In this document: one piece after another, positions 25,847 through 35,014 of the stretch
Numbering within the stretch: the stretch's first letter is position 1
Layout of the letters: the number at the start of each line of letters is the position of its first letter
DNA from: an uncultured Hoeflea sp.
GTDB taxonomy: Bacteria > Pseudomonadota > Alphaproteobacteria > Rhizobiales > Rhizobiaceae
Assembly (NCBI GenBank): GCA_964511625.1
Contig: CAZEJG010000006.1
Coordinates: forward strand, 47,897-111,896
Length of the DNA: 64,000 nt
Reading direction: 5' to 3'
Notes under the pieces: model-generated
What the model saw: the letters and a program-made list of their open reading frames with translations, nothing else
The model's database searches: none
What the model was told of the DNA's origin: nothing
Position numbers and translations under genes: made by a program

Positions 25847-26623
25847 ATGGCGGGACCTGCATTTCGGCGGATCGGCAAGGGCGATAGGACGCCTCTGGTG
25901 CTGCTGCACGGCTTCGGCGGCAACATGCGCACCTGGAACCGGGTCTTGCCGCTCCTCAAGGATGAGGTCCCGCTGATCCTCTTCGATCTGCCCGGGCATG
26001 GAAAATCCGTCAAATCGGACGGGCGCGGCGGCGCGGGGCGGATGGCGAAAGCCATTCTTCTCGAACTGCAAGCCAACGGCATCGATCGCTTTCACATCGC
26101 CGGCCACTCGATGGGGGGCGCAGTGGCGGCACTTGTTACCATGCGCGCGCCGGAAGCCGTCAGCTCACTAAGCCTGATCGCGCCGGGTGGGATGGCCCCC
26201 GAGATCAACGCGCCGCTGCTGGAAGAGTTTGCTGCGGCGGACACAGCCGAAGCGCTCGAAGGCGTCATTCGATGCATGGCCGGGCCTGGACTCGAGGTCC
26301 TTCCGGGCTATTTCGCGGCGGCCGCGGAATTCCGGCAGGCGCCGGGTGCGCTCGAAGCGCTCCGGGAGACCTATGCCGCGATGTTCCCGACGGGACCGGA
26401 AGCGGGGCAGGGCGTCTTGCCGAAGGAGCAGCTTGCGGACCTGCCGATGCCCGTCCGGGCGTTGTGGGGTTCGGACGATACGGTTCTCCCTTGTCCCCAG
26501 GAGGGAATGCTGGCCGCAAACATCGAGCTGACAATTCTGCCGGGAGCCGGGCACATGCTGCCCGAGGAACAACCGTCAGATGTGGCGCAGTTTCTGATCG
26601 GCTCCATCGAACGAAGCGCCTAG
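25847..26623 (+). CDS. Alpha/beta-fold hydrolase
   Basis: HGFGG oxyanion region, GHSMGG nucleophile elbow and a C-terminal GAGHMLPEE. AGGGAGG lies upstream of ATG 25847. The track ORF start at 25601 overlaps leuA and I rejected it. Confidence 0.85.
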   Translation: MAGPAFRRIGKGDRTPLVLLHGFGGNMRTWNRVLPLLKDEVPLILFDLPGHGKSVKSDGRGGAGRMAKAILLELQANGIDRFHIAGHSMGGAVAALVTMRAPEAVSSLSLIAPGGMAPEINAPLLEEFAAADTAEALEGVIRCMAGPGLEVLPGYFAAAAEFRQAPGALEALRETYAAMFPTGPEAGQGVLPKEQLADLPMPVRALWGSDDTVLPCPQEGMLAANIELTILPGAGHMLPEEQPSDVAQFLIGSIERSA

Positions 26624-26737
26624 CGCCCGCGAGTTAACCGGGACCGGCGAATGCGTCTCGCCACCCGTCTCCCTCCGTGTTAATAAATTCCTAACCATCC
26701 GGATGCCCGTCAGGGCTGCGTAGCGGAGAGCGCCATC

Positions 26738-27433
26738 ATGAGCGACAACCACAACGACAATCGCGGCCAGACCGACAAGCGCGGTTCCGTCGACAAAGCC
26801 GAACGGCGGCTCACCGACATCGTGCGCGAGGTCAAGATCGCGGCCGCCGAACGCTCCGACGTCGTAGTCGACATGCGCGACGCCGACCGGGCGCGGCTCG
26901 AACTGCTGGCGGAGGAATTGCAGCCGGTCATCGAGGATATCGATCCGGCCGACGACCGGTTCGACTTCGGCATTTCCACCGGACAGCAGCCGCGCTTCTG
27001 GATCGATGCGGTGGCGCATGTGCATATGGGTCCCGACCGGCGGCTCTATCGCGTCGTGCGCGATACCCGTCTCGGACGTACGGTTCTTGCCGAGACGGTC
27101 GAGGTCAAGGCCGCCGCAGACGCGGTGACACGCTATGTGGCCGAGCGCGTGATCGAGCGCGAGCGGGTGCTCGCGGGTGATTTCGAACCTCTGAGCGGCA
27201 TGCGCCCGGAGCTGGCAACCCGCGAGGATGACGAACGGTCATCCGCGGAGGCCGTAAAGGCGGAAGCGGCTCCTCTTCGGCAGGCCGACACCGTCGCCGT
27301 GCCGCCGGCGCGCAAGCAGCCGAGGGACGCCGGTTTCGTCATTGGCGCCTCCTGGTTCATCCTCGGATGCGTGGCGGGTGCGGCAGCATTGGTCGTTGCG
27401 TTCTGGGACCGTATTTCGGCGTTGATCGGCTAG
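26738..27433 (+). CDS. Hypothetical protein with a C-terminal TM anchor (231 aa)
   Basis: GGAGAG SD and G/C bias at codon position 3. The soluble part is charged, and a single C-terminal hydrophobic helix is present (FVIGASWFILGCVAGAAALVVAFW). Confidence 0.7.
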   Translation: MSDNHNDNRGQTDKRGSVDKAERRLTDIVREVKIAAAERSDVVVDMRDADRARLELLAEELQPVIEDIDPADDRFDFGISTGQQPRFWIDAVAHVHMGPDRRLYRVVRDTRLGRTVLAETVEVKAAADAVTRYVAERVIERERVLAGDFEPLSGMRPELATREDDERSSAEAVKAEAAPLRQADTVAVPPARKQPRDAGFVIGASWFILGCVAGAAALVVAFWDRISALIG

Positions 27434-27460
27434 GTCTCCGTCGCCGGACCGGAATCTGGA

Positions 27461-28384
27461 TCAGGTGGTGGGTACAGGTGCCTCGGTGCCTGCGCGAGGC
27501 GCGGTGGTATTCTCGCTTACCGAGTGACCATCGTCATTGAGGCTGAAACGCCGGTGGACCATGGTCCAGGCCCCCGGCTTTCCCGTGATCTCGAACAGGT
27601 TGAAGCCCGCATTGGGCTTTGAGCCCTTCGGCCCCTGGCTCGCCGAGGCGATGCCGACGACGGGAACCCGGCCGCGATCGGTGTCGATGTGGTGGAGGGA
27701 ATCGAGATGGGTGTGGCCGTGGAGCACGAGTTCGGCGCCGTTCTTGCGGATCATCTTCTGGAAGCGGCGAATGCCCTTGAGTCGTTTGTACCAGGGAGCC
27801 GCGTCCTCGACCGGGGGATGATGGATGAGAACGACGCGGAACTTGCCGCGTTCGCCGGCTTCGGCGAGCAGCTTGCCGGCCTTTCTCGCCTGCCGGCTGG
27901 ACAGATCGCCAGTCGCCATGAACGGCAGCGACGGGTTCGCCGATGACATTCCGATGATGGCGCAGTCGCCGCGCTCGGTCAGGGTCGGGAAGTAGGTGCC
28001 CTTGCCGTGCGCCTCGCCGCCGGCGAGGATCCAGGGCTTCCAGGCCTTGACCGCCCGCTTGAGCGCGCCCGGGACATAGGCGTCGTGATTGCCGGGCACC
28101 AGCGTGGTACGGTCGGGCAGGAAATTGACCTCCAGCCACTTGGTTACCGTCTCGATTTCCGTCGAGGTCGCGAGGTTGACCAGATCGCCGGTGATGGCGA
28201 CGTGATCGAGCTCGGTTTCGGCCATCGCCTCGATGACCTCCTCGAGCGCGGTGCCGAAAAGGTGCTTGCGGCGATTGCGCCGCCAGTTCACATAGCCGGT
28301 GATCCGCTTGGAGGCGAGCTCCGAGAGCGAGACCTTCGGCAAGGGACCTAGATGGACATCGGAAATATGGGCCAGGCGGAACAT
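27461..28384 (-). CDS. Metallophosphoesterase (calcineurin-like)
   Basis: Motifs DVHLG, GDLVN, GNHD, HHPP and GHTH occur in the canonical order. Confidence 0.9.
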   Translation of the reverse strand: MFRLAHISDVHLGPLPKVSLSELASKRITGYVNWRRNRRKHLFGTALEEVIEAMAETELDHVAITGDLVNLATSTEIETVTKWLEVNFLPDRTTLVPGNHDAYVPGALKRAVKAWKPWILAGGEAHGKGTYFPTLTERGDCAIIGMSSANPSLPFMATGDLSSRQARKAGKLLAEAGERGKFRVVLIHHPPVEDAAPWYKRLKGIRRFQKMIRKNGAELVLHGHTHLDSLHHIDTDRGRVPVVGIASASQGPKGSKPNAGFNLFEITGKPGAWTMVHRRFSLNDDGHSVSENTTAPRAGTEAPVPTT

Positions 28385-28480
28385 GGACAGTCACATAGCG
28401 GGGGGAGGCAGGCGCGGCAAGCGCGGGCGCAGAATGATGTCCCGACACCGCTCGACAACGATGTCGCGCGCCCTCCCGAA

Positions 28481-28945
28481 ATGCGGTCGCTGCGCGCCCG
28501 GCTGATAACCCGTGTGGTCCATGCCTGGTTCGCGCTGACACGGGCGATGACCTTCGGCGTGCGAGCAGCCTGCTTCGACAAGGACGGCCGCATCTTCCTC
28601 GTCCGCCACTCCTATGTTACCGGCTGGCACATGCCGGGCGGCGGCGTGGAGCGGGGACAGACGGCGGGCGAGGCGCTGGCGCGTGAACTCAAGGAAGAGG
28701 GTAATCTCGAAGTCATCGGCGTACCGGAACTCCTGGCGATCTACTTCAATCCGCGTACGTCCAAGCGCGACCACGTCGCCTTCTATCGCTGCAGCGTGCG
28801 CCAGACGACGCCGAAGGTGCCGGACGCGGAAATCGTCGAGACTGGCTTCTTTTCCCTCGATGCACTACCCGACGGCACCACCTCGGCGACCCGTCGCCGG
28901 CTGGAGGAGCTTGCCGGAAAGCGTCAGCAGGAGCATATCTGGTAG
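28481..28945 (+). CDS. NUDIX hydrolase
   Basis: The Nudix box is GGGVERGQTAGEALARELKEEGNL. I chose the internal ATG at 28481. The upstream part of the track ORF overlaps the divergent promoter region. Confidence 0.8.
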   Translation: MRSLRARLITRVVHAWFALTRAMTFGVRAACFDKDGRIFLVRHSYVTGWHMPGGGVERGQTAGEALARELKEEGNLEVIGVPELLAIYFNPRTSKRDHVAFYRCSVRQTTPKVPDAEIVETGFFSLDALPDGTTSATRRRLEELAGKRQQEHIW

Positions 28946-29029
28946 CCCAATCGGCGCTTGCGCGCTTGAATCGCTTACCGCTTGGCTTACATACCCCGCA
29001 CCATCCTTCCAACGTCCGGACCCTCTCCC

Positions 29030-29952
<923 letters not shown>

Positions 29953-29956
<4 letters not shown>

Positions 29957-30714
29957 ACTTCCGCGCGGTCTATTCCATCTATTATTTCGAGATGGCCCGG
30001 TTCTTCCGGACCATCACCCAGAGCCTGATCTCGCCGGTGCTGTCGACGTCGCTCTATTTCATCGTCTTCGGCACCGCGATCGGTTCGCGGATTCAAGAGG
30101 TCGAGGGCATCTCCTACGGCGCCTTCATCGTGCCGGGGCTGATCATGCTCTCGGTGCTGCAGCAGAGCATCTCCAACGCCTCCTTCGGCATCTACTTCCC
30201 GAAATTCATCGGCTCGGTCTACGAGGTAAACGCGGCTCCGGTCTCCTTCGTCGAGATCGTTCTGGGCTATGTGGGGGCTGCTGCCACGAAGTCGGCCTTC
30301 ATCGGCCTGATCATCCTCGGTACCGCCTTCTTCTTCGTCGATCTGCACATCCAGCATCCGTTGCCGATGGTCGCCTTTCTGGTGCTGACCTGCATCTCGT
30401 TCAGCCTGTTCGGCTTTATCATCGGTCTGTGGTCGAAGAATTTCGAGCAGCTGCAGCTGGTGCCGCTGCTCGTCATCACGCCGCTCGTCTTTCTCGGCGG
30501 CAGCTTCTACTCGATCGACATGCTGCCCGAGGGCTGGCAGACGGTGGCGCTGTTCAACCCCGTCGTCTACCTGATCTCCGGCTTCCGCTGGAGCTTCTTC
30601 GGCATGGCCGACGTCGCCGTCGGCATCTCGCTGGCGATGATCGCGCTGTTTCTGGTGCTGTGCCTCGCGGTCATCGGCTGGACATACCGGACAGGCTACA
30701 AGATCCGGTCGTAA
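29953..30714 (+). CDS. ABC-2 type transporter permease
   Basis: An ATGA start/stop overlap with the ATPase gene. Six hydrophobic helices are present. Confidence 0.9.
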
Positions 30715-30718
30715 CGTC

Positions 30719-31105
30719 TCAGACCGTGGCGACGACCTTCTCCAGCATGCCGCGAACATCGCCTGCGACAGCGTGGAGCTTGTCGTTGTCGATGGCCTGC
30801 ATGGAGGCCACCGGGTCGACCGCGCTCACCATCACGCCGCCATCGGCCTCTCGAACGATGACGTTGCAGGGAAGCATGGCGCCGATCTTCGGTTCGATGC
30901 CGATCGCCTGAAAGGCCATGTTGGGATTGCAGGCGCCTAGGATGAGATAGGGCGGAAGATCCTTGTCGATCTTCTTTTTCATCGTCGCGGCGACGTCGAT
31001 CTCGGTCAGGACGCCGAAGCCGTTGTCTGCGAGTGCCGCGCGGGTCCGCTCGACGATCGTGTCGAAGGTCTCGCCGGTGAAAGTTCGGTCGATCGTGTAG
31101 GCCAT
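30719..31105 (-). CDS. DUF302 domain protein
   Basis: 128 aa. GFGVLTEIDVAATMKKKIDKDLPPYLILGACNP is typical of DUF302. Confidence 0.85.
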   Translation of the reverse strand: MAYTIDRTFTGETFDTIVERTRAALADNGFGVLTEIDVAATMKKKIDKDLPPYLILGACNPNMAFQAIGIEPKIGAMLPCNVIVREADGGVMVSAVDPVASMQAIDNDKLHAVAGDVRGMLEKVVATV

Positions 31106-31167
31106 CGGAAACTCCCTTTCTCTGGATGGGGTGTTTCCGATATATGCATCAATTAATATATATCAAG

Positions 31168-31193
31168 GGCCGACGGTCCGGGGACCGCCGGCC
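31168..31193 (-). terminator. GC-rich hairpin after the GS-hydroquinone reductase gene
   Basis: GGCCGACGGTCC / GGACCGCCGGCC form an imperfect 12-bp stem 10 nt after the stop. On the minus strand it is followed by the T/A-rich CTTGATATATATT rather than a clean U-tract. Confidence 0.45.
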
Positions 31194-31203
31194 ATGCCGA
31201 AAA

Positions 31204-32196
31204 TCATGCGGCCTTCTTGAGGCCGTCGCGTCCATGCGCTGCATCGAGCTCCATCTCCGGTCCGACCGGCACGATGCCGTTCGGATTGATGGTGCCGTGG
31301 CTGCCGTAATAGTGGTTCTTGATGTGCAGGAAATCCACCGTGCCGGCGACGCCGGGTACCTGGTAGAGTTCGCGCAGGTAACCGTAGAGGTTCGGGTAGT
31401 CGGCAATCCGGCGAATGTTGCACTTGAAGTGGCCGACATAGACCGGATCGAACCGCACCAGCGTGGTGAACAGACGCCAGTCGGCCTCTGTCAGCCGGTC
31501 GCCGACGAGATAGCGCTGCCTGGACAGCCGCTCCTCGAGCTTGTCGAGCGTATCGAACAGTTTGCCGACATTTTCCTCGTAGACATCCTGTTCGGTGGCG
31601 AAGCCGGCCTTGTACACGCCGTTATTGACGGTGTTGTAGACGAGGTCGTTGATCTCGTCGATTTCGGCGTGCAGCGCCTCGGGATAGAAGTCCGGCGCGT
31701 CGGGATCGGCGATATCGGCGAAGGCCGAGTTGAACATGCGGATGATCTCGGCGGATTCGTTCGAGACGATGGTCTTCTTCTGCTTGTCCCACAGGACCGG
31801 CACGGTGACGCGGCCGGTGTAGTTCGGATCGGCTTCCGTATAGACCTGATGCAGATAGTCCTTGCCCATCAGGCTGTCGCCCGTGGCGCCGTCGCGCTTT
31901 TTGAACTCCCAGCCGTTTTCACCCATGTGGTAGTCGACGATGTCGACGGTGATGGCGTCCTGCAGGCCCATCAGTTCGCGAAAGATCAGCGTGCGGTGCG
32001 CCCAGGGACAGGCGAGGGAAACGTAGAGATGGTAGCGTCCGGCCTCGGCCTTGAAGCCGCCGTCGCCGGACGGACCAGCGGAACCGTCCTTCGTCACCCA
32101 GTTGCGAAACGACGATGTCGACCGCTTGAAGCGGCCGCCGGTGGATTTCGTGTCGTACCAGACGTCCTTCCAGACGCCATTGTCCAGCATACCCAT
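31204..32196 (-). CDS. yqjG: Xi-class glutathione transferase / glutathionyl-hydroquinone reductase (YqjG/ECM4 family)
   Basis: The CPWAHR active-site motif (YVSLACPWAHRTLI), plus family length and layout. AAGGAG lies 7 nt before ATG 32196. The track start at 32202 is a TTG. Confidence 0.9.
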   Translation of the reverse strand: MGMLDNGVWKDVWYDTKSTGGRFKRSTSSFRNWVTKDGSAGPSGDGGFKAEAGRYHLYVSLACPWAHRTLIFRELMGLQDAITVDIVDYHMGENGWEFKKRDGATGDSLMGKDYLHQVYTEADPNYTGRVTVPVLWDKQKKTIVSNESAEIIRMFNSAFADIADPDAPDFYPEALHAEIDEINDLVYNTVNNGVYKAGFATEQDVYEENVGKLFDTLDKLEERLSRQRYLVGDRLTEADWRLFTTLVRFDPVYVGHFKCNIRRIADYPNLYGYLRELYQVPGVAGTVDFLHIKNHYYGSHGTINPNGIVPVGPEMELDAAHGRDGLKKAA

Positions 32197-32433
32197 GATC
32201 AATCTCCTTTGAGATGAAACATAGTGCCCTTCGCCGCCAAGTCGAAGCGTGTCGGGGTGAACGCTGTGTTTTCCGATAGACGAGGGGGAGCGGCTCTGCT
32301 ATCAGCGCTGTCTCCAAGGAGATGAAGCTTGCTGAGCCACCGGACGACCCGACGACGCTGATCGAACTGCTCGCGCACAGTGCGCGGGACCCTTTTTGCG
32401 CTCTCGTTCAAAGTCTCCTGTCCGGAAAATCCG

Positions 32434-32940
32434 ATGCCCAAGCTCGATCTCGTCTATCTCACCGAAGACGCATCTCATGATGCAGCCATCAACCTCATCA
32501 ACGAGGAAGCCTTCGGGCCTGGGCGTTTCACGCGTGCCGCCGAACGGATCCGCGAACAGGGGCCGCACGATCGCCATCTGTCCTTCGTCTGCGCCGATGG
32601 CGGCGAAACGATAGCCTCGGTGCGGATGACGCCGGTGCTGGCAGGTGCGGTGCCGACCCATCTTCTCGGACCCTTGGCCGTGCGGCCGTCGCACAAGAAT
32701 CTCGGCATCGGCCGCGAACTTGTGCGCATCGCCGTCGATGGGGCGCGGCGGGCGGGCAGCCATGCGATTATACTGATCGGTGATCCGCCCTATTACGGGC
32801 CGCTCGGCTTCGCGCCGACGCGGCCGGGTGCGCTGATCATGCCCGGACCGGTCGATCCGCGGCGGGTGCTTGCCGCTTGTTTCGATGCTTTGAAAGCCGA
32901 AGATCTGGAAGGCATGGTCCGTCACGCAAGCCGCGGCTAG
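32434..32940 (+). CDS. GNAT-family N-acetyltransferase
   Basis: 168 aa. An acetyl-CoA binding region is present (LAVRPSHKNLGIGRELVR). Confidence 0.8.
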   Translation: MPKLDLVYLTEDASHDAAINLINEEAFGPGRFTRAAERIREQGPHDRHLSFVCADGGETIASVRMTPVLAGAVPTHLLGPLAVRPSHKNLGIGRELVRIAVDGARRAGSHAIILIGDPPYYGPLGFAPTRPGALIMPGPVDPRRVLAACFDALKAEDLEGMVRHASRG

Positions 32941-32952
32941 CGTATTCGTTTC

Positions 32953-35013
32953 TTACCGACCTTCGCGGAACCAGGTTGCGCCGAGCGCCAGGATCATCAG
33001 CATCAGACCCAGGAAGCCCGCAAACAGCGGCACCGAGCGCACCCCGAGCAGAACCGTCTCGGAGGAGGTGCGCAGCGTCAGGCGACCGCCGGTGTCACGG
33101 AAGCCGGAGCGGACCGGAAGGATCTGGGGCAGGTCGCCGCCATCTGCGGTGACGCGGGTAACGATGCCGCCGGTTTCCTCCGCCAGCGGCCGCAGCACCT
33201 CGGTGGTGGAGACGGTGGCGCGGAACTCCGGTGCGTCGATGGCGCCGATATGGGCGAGCGCGGAGAGTTCGCCGTCGCGGACCTCGACAAGACCGAACTC
33301 GTCAAGCGGCAATTCGGCCGAGAACAGCCCGTCGCTTTCGTTCTGAAGCTGGACCTGGCGGGTCGCGCCCGAAGGCAGCGTCAACGTCACCGGGTCGGCG
33401 GTATCGGCCATCGTCTGGCGCTCGACCCGGAGCGTCCGTCCGCTCGCCGAGGCCCTGAGCGCCTCTTCCTCGAGCGAGGGTTCCTTCATCAGCCAATGGG
33501 CGATGCGGCGGTAGAGCGCCACATGCGGACCGCCGCCCTCGAAGCCGCGCGCCCAGAGCCAGCCCTGGTCGGAGAGAAGCATGGCGACCCGGCCCTCACC
33601 GTAGCGGTTGAGAACCAGAAGCGGTTCGTCATTGGCGGCCTTCATGACGGTGTCGCCGGAGACGTTCTGGACGGAAACCGAGCGGAACCAGCGACCCCAG
33701 GCCGGCGGATCCTGCAGTCCGCCGGGCAGTTCCCGGGTAACGGGATGGCGGCGGCCGGCATCGGTCAGGCGCGGGTAGAATCCCTCGACGTCCATGTTGC
33801 CCGTCGGTGTGGCCGGCAGGGCCGGGCCGAGCGGGGTCTGGGCGATGGATTCGATGCCGGAAAGTTCCGGCCCGGAAGCCACGAGCAGCGCACCGCCGTT
33901 TTCCACATACTGGGCGATGTAGTCGTAATAGAGCACCGGCAGCACGCCGCGGTTCTGGTAGCGGTCGAAGATGATGAGATCGAACTGGTCGATCTTTTCG
34001 ACGAAGAGCTCACGCGTCGGGAAGGCGATCAGCGAGAGCTCGGTGATCGGCGTGCCGTCCTGTTTTTCCGGCGGACGCAGAATGGTGAAGTGGACGAGGT
34101 CGACCGAGGCGTCGGACTTCAACAGGTTGCGCCAGGCGCGCTCGCCCGAATGCGGTTCGCCCGAAACCAGCAGGACACGCAGGTTCTCGCGAATGCCCTC
34201 GATGCGGGCCACCGCCCGGTTGTTGGCGGTCGAGACCTCGGAGGGCTCTTCCTCGACGGCAAGTTCGATGATGTTGTCGCCACCGCGCGGCACTTCCAGC
34301 GTGAAGGTGGATTCCTCGCCGGGCACGGCCTCGGCGATGCCCCGGTCCTCGCCGTTGACCCGCACGGTAACGGGGAGAGGGCCGCGCTCCGGCCGGCCGT
34401 CGACCATCACCCGATAGACGATGTTCTGCTCCTCGCCGACGATGCCGAAGCGGGGGGCGCGGACGATCTCGACGCGGCGGTCGATCTCGTTCTCGTCGCC
34501 GGTGATCAGCCCGTGGATCGGCACGTCGAGCCCCAGCGCCTCGCCGTTCACCGGCACGTCGTGGATTTGGCCGTCGGTGATCATCACCGCGCCGGCGAGG
34601 CGCGAGGTGGGAATGTCGCGGATGCCGGTCGACAGCGCCTCGAAGAGCCGGGTCGACGGCGATTCCGAATCCGGGTCGCCGCGGGCCTCGATGATGCGGA
34701 GCTCGAAGTCGGGGAAGCGGTCGAGACGGGCCTTGAGCGCGGTCAGCGCCGCATCCGTCTGGTCGATGCGATCGCCGAGGTCCTGGCTCTGGCTGCGGTC
34801 GACGACCACGGCGACGACGCTCTTGACCGGCGCGCGCTCCTCGAAGCTCGCCACCGGATTGGCGAGCGCCAGCACCAGCGTGGCCAGTGCCAACGCACGG
34901 ATGACGGAACCACGCTGGCGGACGAAGAGCGCCCAGCCGGCCAGCAGCGCGGCAACAAACGCCAGACCGATCAGCAACGGCAGGGGGATGAAGGGGGCGA
35001 AGGACAGGTTCAT
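32953..35013 (-). CDS. Large membrane protein with an N-terminal double TM, a vWA-like domain with an intact MIDAS motif, and a C-terminal TM anchor (last gene of the MoxR operon)
   Basis: N-terminal helices are followed by VVAVVVDRSQSQ (DxSxS) and a later AVMITDGQ. A C-terminal hydrophobic helix is present (VPLFAGFLGLMLMILALGATWF). The gene starts 1 nt after the upstream stop. Confidence 0.85.
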   Translation of the reverse strand: MNLSFAPFIPLPLLIGLAFVAALLAGWALFVRQRGSVIRALALATLVLALANPVASFEERAPVKSVVAVVVDRSQSQDLGDRIDQTDAALTALKARLDRFPDFELRIIEARGDPDSESPSTRLFEALSTGIRDIPTSRLAGAVMITDGQIHDVPVNGEALGLDVPIHGLITGDENEIDRRVEIVRAPRFGIVGEEQNIVYRVMVDGRPERGPLPVTVRVNGEDRGIAEAVPGEESTFTLEVPRGGDNIIELAVEEEPSEVSTANNRAVARIEGIRENLRVLLVSGEPHSGERAWRNLLKSDASVDLVHFTILRPPEKQDGTPITELSLIAFPTRELFVEKIDQFDLIIFDRYQNRGVLPVLYYDYIAQYVENGGALLVASGPELSGIESIAQTPLGPALPATPTGNMDVEGFYPRLTDAGRRHPVTRELPGGLQDPPAWGRWFRSVSVQNVSGDTVMKAANDEPLLVLNRYGEGRVAMLLSDQGWLWARGFEGGGPHVALYRRIAHWLMKEPSLEEEALRASASGRTLRVERQTMADTADPVTLTLPSGATRQVQLQNESDGLFSAELPLDEFGLVEVRDGELSALAHIGAIDAPEFRATVSTTEVLRPLAEETGGIVTRVTADGGDLPQILPVRSGFRDTGGRLTLRTSSETVLLGVRSVPLFAGFLGLMLMILALGATWFREGR

Positions 35014-35014
35014 G

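Noticed and set aside
24448-26082. 544-aa minus-strand ORF opposite leuA and the hydrolase gene.
   Set aside because: A shadow ORF of leuA, whose own identity is certain.
32323-32487. About 55-codon ORF (MKLAEPPDDPTTL...) in the yqjG-GNAT intergenic region.
   Set aside because: The GGAG abuts the ATG with no spacing. The ORF runs out of frame into the GNAT gene start, and it has no recognisable family.
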